From contig MU057036.1 of the NCBI GenBank assembly GCA_013239625.1, positions 13,511,075-13,575,074 of the forward strand: 64,000 bases of DNA, in the 5' to 3' direction. The notes under the pieces were generated by a model, which was given only the letters and a program-made list of their open reading frames with translations, had not been told where the DNA came from and did no database searches. Each line of letters begins with the position of its first letter. Positions within the stretch are counted from its first letter, which is position 1. The position numbers and the translations under genes are program-made. Of the stretch, positions 39,141 through 51,279 are shown one piece after another. Origin of the DNA: Lama guanicoe. Lineage: Eukaryota.

Positions 39141-39141
39141 A

Positions 39142-39172
<31 letters not shown>
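39141..39172. repeat. (CA)n microsatellite
   Basis: aacacacacacacacaaacacacacacacaca. Confidence 0.95.
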
Positions 39173-41729
39173 GACTTCAATTTTGTTTCTAAAATTCAAA
39201 GACAACAACAACAAAAATCACATGTTTTAACTTAATCTCCCAAAGGCATGTTCTTAAGAGCTGGAAGCAGTGTTAAGGAGAAAGCATACTCAGAGTGATG
39301 GAAAGATGAACTTGTCACTAGCAACTCACAGATTGGGAGCTGAGCATGTTCTGTAAGCCATAGGGCAGTGGATCAGAATAAGTTTGTTCCTGAAATGCGT
39401 GAATGCATCAGAACCCCCAGGGTACCCTGAGATCAACCTTGGCCATAGATTGACAATAGAGTTTTAAATGATAAATTTATTTTTTATTTCAAATGGGATT
39501 AAATATTCCTTTTTAATTTCCCCTCATTACTCTTCTCTACATGCAAAGAATGGTTATGCAAATCTTCTTACTTTAAGCATCAGATACAGTCTTTAAAACT
39601 GCATGTGTGATGAGTACTTCTGTAACATCTTTTCTTATCAGCATTTACTTGAACTTCAGAGATGATTTAAAAAATCACATCCAGGCATCTTTAGAGTGAT
39701 GTATCTTTTGAATATGTTTTGTTCTCTTAAAAGTTACTTCTAATTAGTTTTTCTAGGTACCAGAAAGTAGAATTACAGCAAAAAGTTCTGATGGGTCCCC
39801 AACACGAAGTCTTATTTGTGTCAAAAACAGTTTGTACACTAAAGAAGGGCAGTAGGCATTGCTTAGTGGTCAAAAAACTTGCTTTGAGAGACAGTGGCAT
39901 ATCAATGATTCGTTATAAAGCAGAATAGCATTAAACTTTATTAAATGCACTAATGGGAAAGTTAGAGGATGGGAAGGCATGTAAAAGCTAACTTAAGTGA
40001 TGCTTTTGCCTAGAATCTCCTAAAAGTGCCCATCCTAAACCCTGAAAGCCATGCCCAAGACCTCTGCCTTTCCCCCGCTTTGGGAGAGAACGACAGGAAA
40101 GCATGCACCTCAGTAGCAAACGCGCACTCATGCTCGATCCAGACGCACGCACGTGGGGAGAGCCTCGTCTCCTTGGAATGCTTTTCCCACTCTGCTTTTG
40201 GCCGGATTCAAATGAAGACAGGAAGCCCCTCCAGGACAGCTCCTCTGATTCTGACACTGACTTGGACCTTGTAAACATGTCGGAAGAGGTAACTAACACT
40301 ACTGAGGTTTATGATGTTTAAACGCTTCAAATGTCTCATCTTCTTGCATCTTCTCATAACCCTGCCTGGAAAGTTGGTAGTATTCCTGTTTTACCAATAA
40401 TAAAAATGAGGGACAGTATGACTTCCTAAACTCCCACAGCTGGGGCAGGATGGACATTGGGAGAGAAGGAGGGTCCTTGATAAGGTATATTTTATTTAGA
40501 ATCTTAGAGTTAAATAATTTTGAAGACTGGAAGAGATCTTGGCACATCAACTTCTTGGAGCCCCTTACTGACCTGGAACTCAAATTCAAGAGGCTACATA
40601 CATTGGTCCCATTTTTAGACAGATCAATGTTAGAAAAATGTTCCTATTTTATCGCACATTTCATCTCCTTGCCATGTTCCTGGCTCTCCTTCATGGAGTT
40701 AAGTAGAATAAGTCTCATGACTTTCTCTATAATCACCTTTGAAAACAGCTTTTTCGCCCAACTTTGAATCTTCTCTCCTTTTTTTTCTCAGAAAGGAATG
40801 TGATGTAGTGCAAAGTGCAGCAGACTTTCCTACCAGACTTGGGTTCAAGTCCCAGCTCTGTCACCCCAGGCACGTTGTCTGTTCTCTAACATCTGTTAAG
40901 GGAAGTAGTAACAGCCTCCCTCCCGGGGTGATTCTGGGCAGTTAATACATGCAGTGAGGTTCCATGCATTCCATGCATTAGAGAAAAACACTAATAAAGA
41001 TTGTTTTCGTTGCTTCTTGCATTAAACTTACTGATTCCTTCAACCATACCTTAATGCTTTGCTTAGTTTGCTGACTTAGTTTGTTGAAATTCTTTCTTAA
41101 AATATGACATCCACAATTCTTCAGATTGGTCAGTGACAGAGGGGTTGATTTAACCTTTGATCTGGGACATAACATTTCTTTTATCTGAGGAATGCATGCT
41201 CCCTTGAAACCTAAGTTCTGGCTTTACTCAGGCTACATCAGATTTGCATTCTTATCAGGTGGCAGATACCAGCAAGAGGCATATGGAAAGGATTTGTGTG
41301 GTTCAAACAGGCAGCATTCCAGTCGAGTTGGGGGCAAATATAAAATTTGTTTTGACTTGAAATTTTAGCAACATAGCATTGAAATCAGGACAGAAATTCA
41401 TAAAAGTAACACAGAGTAGCAGTTGCTTTTAGAGTTTACTGATGCATTTTATTGCTGAATCTATCAAAGTGTCTACAGAAATAAATTCGAGTGAAGTTTC
41501 TCAGGGCTGGACTGTGAGAAGGAAGAGAGACATCAAAAACAGAAGCGGGGGCATTTGCTTCTGAAACTGATTCCGTTCTTCTACGTAACTGTGTTAATGT
41601 CATTTAGGAACAAGACTGCCTAAAATTGTCAGAAAGCTCTACCGTGAGCCACTTGATAATAACTGTTAAATGATATCAATTTATGATAAAATCAGAGAAT
41701 GCAAAGTATGCAGAAATCATGGGATTGGG

Positions 41730-41960
41730 ACAGTAGAGTAGAAAGAGTATGAGATTTAGAGACATGGCTGAGCTCGAAGCCGGGCCCTTCTATTGCCTCG
41801 CAGGATGGCTGGTTACTTTGAGACTCCAGCTTCTTATCTGTGAAATGGGGGTGACAGTGGAGCCATCTTACAGCCTTGGCACATGAGTCACTAATGTGAG
41901 ATGTTTATAACAGTTCCTGACAAATAGTAAGTGCTCCGTGAACGTTAACTGTAGTTTTTA
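41730..41960 (+). mobile_element. MIR SINE
   Basis: cagcttcttatctgtgaaatgggggtgacagt...tagtaagtgctccgtgaacgttaactg. Other MIR pieces lie near 12635-12820, 13850-14045, 29640-29850, 30270-30420, 40790-40960, 48460-48630, 60980-61130, 62180-62370 and 63660-63830. Confidence 0.75.
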
Positions 41961-42641
41961 CTATTTTTTCCTTTTATTGATTAGCTCCTCTGGCCTTAGG
42001 TCATTTGATGTTGATTTTTGTTGTTCCCAAGTGAGAATTAGATGAATTAGACCCAACTTGTCTGCAAACAGTATCTGATGCAAAGCAGGTGCCCATCCAG
42101 CTTGTCACCTATTATTAAAATTATCATCGCCATCAGTATTATTATTTCCCATTTCATCCAACTAGACTGTCTTTCATTTAGAATTTAAATGGCTCTGCAG
42201 TAGTATATTCTGCATTTTTCTTTATGTTCCTGATCCATTTTCATGAGGCTGGAGGTACGGCCATGGAAACCAATTAGCACTTCTTTAGTCTGCATTATTC
42301 AGAAGATGTCGTATTTGTCAGATTGCAAATTAGAGTTTTCAGCCGCTGAAGGGACAACACGTACTCAGAGTACACTTCAATAGCTCCTCCGTTTGTATAG
42401 AAAAGCCTGAGATCTTTCCTCTTTTAAAATGCAAATCACATAAAGTTAATATCTGTACACAAAGACCTACCTGCTTAAGAAGTTGGAGAGCTAATTTAGC
42501 TTTGAAGATAATTTGCAGGAATGATTAGGCCTGCAAGGAATTAGAATTGACCTGAAAATTTTGTATTGGATTTGCTCATATTTACCAAAGTCACTTTCAT
42601 CATTATTACCCTGTATTTCTGCTTCTGTGGACACATTTATA

Positions 42642-42961
42642 TCAGCTTTTTCCAAGCAGTGTTATTTGGAACATTGGTAACCCTTCAGCTTTTAGTATGA
42701 TTTCTTTGAATAAAGAAGCTTTATGTCAAGTAAATTGGAAAATGCTATATTTAAGAAAAAAGTGAAATGGGTTACCTTATTGTGGAACTTCTTAGAGCCT
42801 CCATTAGTCCTCCAGGCCTTGTGGGACCTTCCAAGGAAGCATGGCCTAGAGCTTTTCCCAAATTGATTTGAACACAAGAAGCTTTCTTCATGGAGCCCCT
42901 ATTAACAGCGCATCAGCCACTGTGTGTCAAGAAAAACAGCAACATAGTTGAGAAAATGCTG
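42642..42961. mobile_element. hAT-Charlie MITE (MER112/MER113-like)
   Basis: cagcttttccaa... start and ...tgagaaaatgctg end; internal cttttcccaaattgatttgaacaca. Confidence 0.5.
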
Positions 42962-44823
42962 ATTTGGGACAACAAAAACAAGCAAGCATTTTCCAGAGAA
43001 ATACACAAAGGACCCTGTATATGAATTCATCCACTTTTCCCAAAGTGAACATTTTTTCTAACACGCACCTCTGTAGGCAGGTGTGTGTACTTCATCCAAA
43101 GGAACAGCCACTCCTGCACACACACAGCCTCCACCTCCATGCGCTGTGCTCCGATCCGCATGCAGTCAGCCACCCTGATTTCCCCCACCCCCTCTTGCCA
43201 ACCTTTGCTAACCCTGTGGCATTTTACACCCAGGGCATGACCTATATAGGCACCGATTTGTGAAGCTGGTACAGAATGTGTGGGAAGGGGAAAAAGGAGT
43301 GACAAAATACCTGATCTCTCATTACGTTCATCAACAGATTCTTTTTAAGCTTGCGTAAGTGGACACACACTTACTTTCACAATTACCTAAAATTATAACT
43401 ACCCAAACTGAACTTAGGTCTTCCCCTGAAAGCTCTGCCTTTTGGTGCTGGTCCTTTCTTGGTTAAACTAAGAACCATCAGGTACCCTAACTGTAGCCCA
43501 AGCTGGAAATCTCAGCATTATTTTCACCTCATCCCTTCTACAATTCTCATCTGATTATGCTCTTTTCCTGCCTTCATCTTTATATTTCTTCCTGTCTCCA
43601 CCCCAAAATGAGCATGAACATGAAAATAAATGTGCAAAAGCCCTCAGCCAAGATACACAAGATAGTAAGTCTGCTTTTTCAGCTTCATCTGCAGCCACAC
43701 GCATCACCCTTGACACTGATCACCACTTCCTTTGTCATTTATAGTGGCTTATGTGCATATAACACTTTCTAAAGGTGGAGTCAGAGTCTGTATTTTTTTT
43801 GGAAACTCCTCCAGGTTTTGAGCTCAGTTTCAACTTCAGCCAACAAGACTGCACAATAGTGTTTGTACATGGAGATGGTGTGCGCGTTGGACTCTTTCCA
43901 ACACTGGTGTCCTATTGTCTTCCCTCCAGTTTTTGGTATTTCTTGCCCGGGATGGTCTTACCCATCTGAAGCCCCTGGTATTCTCTGAATTTACTCTTAT
44001 TAGGAACTGAGAGGCAGTAGTCTCCAGGCATGTCAGTGAAGAGGTCTGGTCACCATCCCCAACCAGGCTCCTCAATTTCCTATGACCAAACTGACCATTT
44101 TCCTATCGTTAGGTTTTTGAGGGGTCCCTGAAGAAGCAGGTCAGAACTCACTGTTCCTGCCCCAGCTAACACAGGCTGAATGATCTCTGGAAGGTCACTA
44201 TTCTCAACTGTTCCCATTGAGGTTTGGCTTTGTTTTTCTGTTTGCACATTGTCAGTTCCACTTGATATATATGAGTGTGCTGGGCCGGAGGTACCCCCCT
44301 TGAGGAACTACAGAAAGTTGCTGCCCCTTAACAATGTATTCCCCCAATGTATTGTATTGGCTCTAGCCTAGGATTCTCCACCCTAGTCCGTTAAGTGAAA
44401 TTCACTGATGCCTGCTGTTCTGTGAAATAGCATGGCTGGCTCATAGTAAAAGTGTGTTTGAAGAATTTGTTTGCAGTAAGACTTCAGTAGATAAAGAATG
44501 GAGTCAGGAAAAGGAAGACAAATATAGTTTTATTAGTGGAAGATAGGGAAAACTAGAAAATACACAAAGTCATATGGTAAAAGATTTTAAGAAGGCAGAA
44601 GAAAAGGATGAGGTCAGAGCTAAAAAGATGTAGAGTAAGAGTGAGGAAAGAAGAGAACAGACACAATTATTTGCTCCACTTAATTACTTTTAATACCAAT
44701 ATAAGCAAATTGTTTTTCTCAAGGCAGTGCTACAAAGGGGTTGGCTGCTTCTAACAGTGGGCCCAGCCTATTTTGAGGGTGATCCATTGGGTGCCTTGAT
44801 CAATGTACTCAAACTCATTGGAA

Positions 44824-44885
44824 TTTGATAGAAAAAAAATTAGGCAATTAAAGGTTCTTTGATAGAAAAAAAATTAGGCAATTAA
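44824..44885. repeat. 28-bp direct duplication (34-bp period)
   Basis: tttgatagaaaaaaaattaggcaattaa twice, separated by aggttc. Confidence 0.92.
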
Positions 44886-47420
44886 GGCACTGGTAAGTTT
44901 GTTGCGTCATGAGACAGTTGCCATCTTACATAGAAAGTAAGTTTAAAAATTAACTGAAATCATTGAATGAAGGTTTAACTGAATCTGATTTAAGTGTTAC
45001 TGTATACATATTACATTATTACAGGCAAATGAAATGACCAAATTTGCTTGTAGATACATACTTCTTTCTGATGTTCGCACATGTACATTGGAAAGTAAAC
45101 AAACACATTTCTTTAGAACTTAATATAAAGATTGATTAAGAACAAATTTAAGGTGCTAGAATAAACTTGGTCTAATCCTCATCCATCCGTCAAAGACCAG
45201 AGTAGAAAAGTTGAGTTTAATTTTATTTTTATCTTCCTCGACATCGATGAAATCTCTCTAATTCAAAGCAGCTTTAAAAGTTTCAATCTTAAACTTAGAA
45301 ATAGTGTATAGTGGGGATTATGTTTCTCTTATCTAGAATCAAACTGAAGATTTTCCAGGGACCTCCACGGTAAATAGGAGAGACAGTCGCTAACAGTTTT
45401 GGGGTTTCCTTGTTTGCTGGGCAGACTGCCAACTAACACTAAATTTCTCGGCTATTGAGACTTAACTGTGGTACTGGTAAGCATGAATTGCTTCTGTGAC
45501 CAGAAGATATAGCTTTTAACGCACTTTAAGGATCAGCCTGTGATTGTAACACTGGACGAGGTTACAGTTTCATTACTGTCACCAAGAGTTGAGTTACTTC
45601 AAATTTCTTCATCTGTCTACGGATGATAATAATGCCACTGAGATGAGCTTAAATTATGGGTTCATAAGATAGATTTTAATAAAAGGATCTCTTTATACTT
45701 TAATAGGGAAAAAAAACGTTTTCTCCCTACCTCTTGTTTCATGCCATCTCTTCTTCCTTTCAACTTCCCCTAGTCCTTGAAACAAATACTATTCGAGTGA
45801 TGTTACCTTTCCCACCAAGTTCATTTGAAAAATATATTGAGACAATAAAGGATATGTGAAGGTTCCACAGAGGAGAGAAAAGGTGAAAAACACACATAAT
45901 TGTTTCCATAGTATTTGCTATGAAATTGTACCATTTTTTCAGAGATTGTGTTTGTAAATTCAAAAAAGTTTGTGAGTTCAAAAAAGCTAGCAGGAGCATG
46001 ATGAGGCAGCAAAACTTGCTGCGTTTTAAAGCTAAAGTGAACAAAAAATGGGAACACGTGTATTCTGGAGAGTGTTTTTCCTTCTTTACACCCTACAAGC
46101 CCATTCCGCAATGAAAGTTTCTCAGGCTTTTCACCTAACGCCTTCCCCATAGAGAGATGGAGACAGAAAGGATGACTGAAGAGTTTCCAAGGGATAAGGA
46201 GATTTTCCTTCTGGAACTAGTTTTAAGAATAGAATCCTGGGCAACTCTGAAACTAGAGGAGAGGCTGAGAATGGAGGACAAGCAACATTTTGTAACAACA
46301 GATGAATACTTATTCTGGGAAGGCCTTTCCCCTCCTGTTTTTGTCATGCATATTAATATTCAGAGCATAAAGCTGACGTGTGAGCCTCCAATGCAGGCAG
46401 TAGGATGGCCATGTAGATTACCTCCCATGTTAGCTGGGACTGGAAACCAAGTCACGTCACTTCTAAGTAAAATTGTGGTCCAAGTTCTGTCATTAACTGA
46501 ACATGTAGCTTCAAGAAGTAGCTTTTTGTGTGTGCTTCAATTTTATCATCTCAAAAATGAAGAATTTGGATTCTGTGATGAGCTGTGAGGTCCGTAGGGG
46601 TAGAAGCCCGAGGACTGTCTCCATCTGTGACTTACTTTATAGAGGAACAGGGTCAGGGAGGTGGGGGTGGGGGGAGGCTGTGGGCAGGGGGAGGTAAGGA
46701 GGTCATTTTTCATTACTTAGAGTGCCCAACTAGTGAATTATACAAGGAAAAGTATTGGTTTTTATTGGATAACCTCCATGTTCCTGGAAAACAGTCCTTC
46801 CAGGACCAGCTTTAACTGGGAAGTCTAGAAACAGAGGTACCGCTTGGAGTTCTGAGGGCACCTCACCATCCTCATCTATGATTGGGAGTAAGAGGACCTC
46901 ACAAGGTTAACATTGCGGTTTTTAAAAAGTAATACATGCAATGCAATTAAAATAGTGCCTGGTGCATAGCACCCCCCCCCAAAAGCAAGCAAGCAAGCAA
47001 CTGTCATCATCATCATAAACCCGAGTCTCATAACCCTAAGCCTGAATAGCTTTTTCTTTTTTCAAAAATGAGTATCCAGCAACTGCTGACTGTTAATTCC
47101 TGTTGCCTCTGGTCGTGTGTTTCCTCCATCTATGGCCAGCCTGGTCCGGTCGGTGATCGATCAGTGCCAGTCTCGTTGGGAAAGTGACAAACAAGCAAAA
47201 ACTTGAAGGAGAAATTAACCATGTTTTAAAATTCATTGATAAAAGGGTATTTTAAAAAGTATCTGCTCAATGCTCTCAATAAAGTTGTGCAGCACATTAA
47301 TTTATTAAACAATAGCAGGACGCAGAAGAGAGACTCTTAATGTTAAAAACATAATAGCTTAAATAAAAACCACACTGCGAATAAGAAATAATAATTTGAT
47401 TCTGCAGAAAACTTAATCAG

Positions 47421-48362
47421 CATAAAGGAAAAACACTCCTGTGTGTTTTTCATTTATGACTCACACAGAATACTTCACCTCTGACACTTTTGGTCACCAA
47501 ATGTGTGGGATTTTCCCCACACCAGGCAACTCTCTGTGATGCCAACTGCATGTCCCACAATTCAACTTAATTCTGAAACTAACCAGGCTTAGTGCAGACC
47601 CCACAAGTTTAGGGCTCAGCCCCATAAGACTGCCCCCCACTTCAGATGCCAGTCATAGGTAAGTAGTAGGTCCCCAGGTTACCCACAACCTCTGTTCGAC
47701 TTGATTACATATCAGAACTTCCCATGACTCTGTCCTTGGATTCAGTCATTTTCTAGAACACTTCACAGAACTCCAGGAAGCACTTACTTACGTTTACCAG
47801 TTTATTGTATACTAAAGGATATCGTAAAGAATACAGATGAACAGCCAGATAAAGAGATCCATAGGGCAAGGTCTGGAAGGGTCCTGAGAGCAGGAGCTTC
47901 TGTCCCTGTGAAGCTGGGAGGCACTACGTTCCCAGTACATGAATGCTTTCACCAACCCAGGAGCTCTCTGAACCCTGTAATTTGAGACTTTTATGCAGGG
48001 TTCATCATATAGGTATGATCGAGCATTCGCTCTATTTCCAGCCCCTCTCCCCTTCGACAAAGGCAAAGTGTGGAGCTGAAAGTTCCAAGCTGCCAATCCT
48101 GTCTTGGTCTTTCTGGTGACCATCCCCCATCCAGAAGCCCACCAACCATGGACTCATTTGAACAAAAAATACTCTTATCATCCTGGAAAGTCCAAGCGAC
48201 TTAGGAGATCTGTGTCAGGAACCAGGGTCAAAGCCCAACACTGAGCACAAATGATTCTCCTAGTGCACTTATCACTTGGGGAATTATAAGGATTTTAGGA
48301 GTTCTGTGCCAAGAACTGGGATGAGAGACCTCTCTCTATGTATGTTTTTCTATTATTTCACA
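47421..48362 (-). mobile_element. MER21-family solo LTR with 5-bp TSD
   Basis: ctgacacttttggtcaccaaatgtgtggg...gactgccccccacttcagatgcc...gagttctgtgccaagaactggg; atcag flanks both sides (47416-47420, 48363-48367). Confidence 0.85.
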
Positions 48363-48871
48363 ATCAGTAAGGCAAAGGATAAACCCAAGCAATATTCCAG
48401 ATTTTAAAACACTAGTAATAATTGTGTCCCCTCACTTTTCCACTGCTTCCACCACCAAGTACCACCTCCAACAAAATAGTGGTTACTGAATGTTTGCACA
48501 GAATGTCTTGTTTAAGCTTCAAAATATTTTATAAGGTGGAAGTATTATTGTCGCCATTTTATAAATGAGAAACTTAAGCTTAAAAGTGTTAAGTAAATTG
48601 TCCAATACCATATTGCTAGTAAGTTTCAGAAAAAAACAGTGAATAAGAGAGAAAAGAATTCATAGGCGCAACAATTTATAGGTTTGCAATAATGGACTTA
48701 TTTAAAGGAAGAGATGCCAGAGTCGGTAATCAAAGTCGGATTAAGATAAAACTTTCCTGAGAGCCGCAAGTGTAATTCAAGTGAGTTTGCTGTGTTTGAA
48801 ACAAAAAGTAATGAACAATGACCAGTGTTAAGTTATATTCTAGTAGTTTTTAAAGTTTGAAGTTTTAAGAG

Positions 48872-49224
48872 TGCAATGGACTGAATGTTTGTATCCCCAC
48901 AACTGCATCTGTTGAAGCCCCGAACTCCATGGGGATGGTATTTGGAGATGGGGTCTTTGGGAAGTAACTGAGGTGAGATGGGTTCATACGGGTGGGGCCC
49001 TCACAATGGGATTAGTGCTCCTCTAAGATGAGACCCCAGGGAGTTTGTGTGTGCTCTCTCTGCCATGTGAGGGCGCAGGGAGAAGGCAGGTGACTGCAAG
49101 TCAGGAAGAGATTTCTCACCAGAATCTGGCCATGCTGGCACCCTGATCATGGGCTTCTGGAAACATTTTCTATTTAAACTGCCCAGACCATGGTATCTTA
49201 GAACAGCCTGAGCAGGCTAAGGCA
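48872..49224 (+). mobile_element. MLT1A-type MaLR solo LTR with 5-bp TSD
   Basis: TG...CA termini, tgcaatggactgaatgtttgtatcccc; TSD aagag at 48867-48871 and 49225-49229. Confidence 0.9.
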
Positions 49225-51279
49225 AAGAGGGATTCGGTTCCGATAGAGTTCTTTGAATATACTTTAAAGTCATATCCCCGGTAGATTAACTGTGTTTTCT
49301 TTGTTGTCATCATTAAAAATTATATTATAAAAGTTATCACCATTGCTGTACATCTGTAGTGAGCCATAGACACGAATCTCTGCTTCTCTGCTTCAAGGAA
49401 TAGGGTTATTAAAATTGTCAAGAATAAGGCCTATTTCAAAAGATACCAAATGAACTTTACAAGAAGGTAAAACTGATTGTTGTGCTTGGAAATGGTTAGC
49501 AAGGCAGGATAAAAATAAGTACCCTACACTTAGATGTGGGATGATGGTCCGTGTAACCAGAAGAGACGTCATTTGTCAGGTTGCTTATGACTGCATTAAA
49601 GAGGCTGAGCTGGTCTGTGTAACTTATATTCATGAGCTCTCAAAGTATGGGGTGGAAGTATTTTTGCATCTGGATGCAGTTCACACTGGAACTACCCCTG
49701 GAAATAAAGTTTGGGGCGCTCTGAAGGGAGCTGCGGAAAGAAGATTTTCCATCCCTCACAGAACCGAACAATTACTTGATTATGGTTCAGAAAGCAGGGA
49801 ATTCGAGGCAGAATTACTTTGGAAGCACATCATGAATCAAAACATTGCAGATTGTACATGGAAGGAAATGTGATGCTTAAAAGAGACAGTTCTCTCAGTA
49901 CATAAAGGAGGCAACTCCAGTCACAGAGGGGGTGTACAAGGAAGTCCATGCCGCCGTATGAGAGGATCTAATCTCTGAGAAGACACCTACGGAAAAAGCT
50001 AAAAAGAAGGGCTAGGATTATCCCCAAAAGTCTCTTGCTCAGAAGACAGATCAAGTAGAGCAGAGCTTTGGCGTGGGCTCGGGAGAGTTGAACCAGAACA
50101 CCACAACTGTATGAAGATTTTTCAGATAAGGATAATCAACTTACTGACCAAGAAGCTAAAAATAAATACGTTTAAGACTTAACCATAATTTCATCTTTTG
50201 GTTTTCAGAAATAATTTTAAAAAAAGCAGATGTGGGCTTCTGGTTTCTGCTATTCTTAAATATCTGCACTGCTGATGACCTGTGAGGTGACCTTGAGCCT
50301 TCCTCTTAAACAATCCGGGCCTCGGTGTCGACAAAATGAATTGGGTGATGTTTAAGGTTATTTTCTGCTCTAAGCATTCTGATTTTCTTCAATCCTAATG
50401 CTGAGTTCTGAGGACCTTATCTTAGAATAAAAGAGAAAACAGCTGCATTCAGGGTTATTTAAAGCTAGTGAAACTTATTTGGAACACAGACTTCAATTCA
50501 GTTCTCAAATATTTACCGAAGGGTATATAGCGCTCACTCTTGAATTGAAAATTTTAATCCTGTGACTTTTCATTTTTACTGCCTTTCTGCTTCCTGTTAG
50601 AATTTCAGTCTGCCAGAGACCAAAAGCCATTTGTTTTCTTACATGGATTTTTAAAAAAGATGTGATATGACCTTTTAATTCCTCATTGATAGTCTTTCTT
50701 AGAATCAGAAATCTTAAAATAATGTTTTAAAAGGGAGATATTCAGATAACAAGTAATGGCTTTCTCATGCACTTTATGTTGAAAAACAGGTGCAGGACAT
50801 TCGATTTATTCCTGCTGATCTTCAGAATCTATTTAGCATGAATAAAAGCAGTATACTGTATCCATACAGCAGGGTATCTTGAACTTTGCTTTAACTACTT
50901 TTCTTCCTTTTAACAAAAGAAGTTCTGTAGAAATCTGTATTGTTCTATCTAGACTGATTTAACTGTGAATCAGTCACATTTTGACCTCGAAAATAATTAC
51001 CAGATGATTTAGTAATGCGTTGTTTAAGACTATGTAGCAGAACAAGTTAAAAATCAGAAAATGGGAAATTTCAGATCTTCAGAGTATTTTTAAATTACTG
51101 CTGCCCTGTCTGCCCGTGCATATTTTGCCTAGCTAAACAGTTTCCTTATTGTGGCAGGAACTGTTACTCATTCTCGGGTTACTGGTCACCACGCAGAAGC
51201 CCTGTGTTCCAAGGTCACCCTTCATCCACATGGCTGCTCATCATTTTACCTGTTAGTCCACTCCCTACTATGGCTCTGA

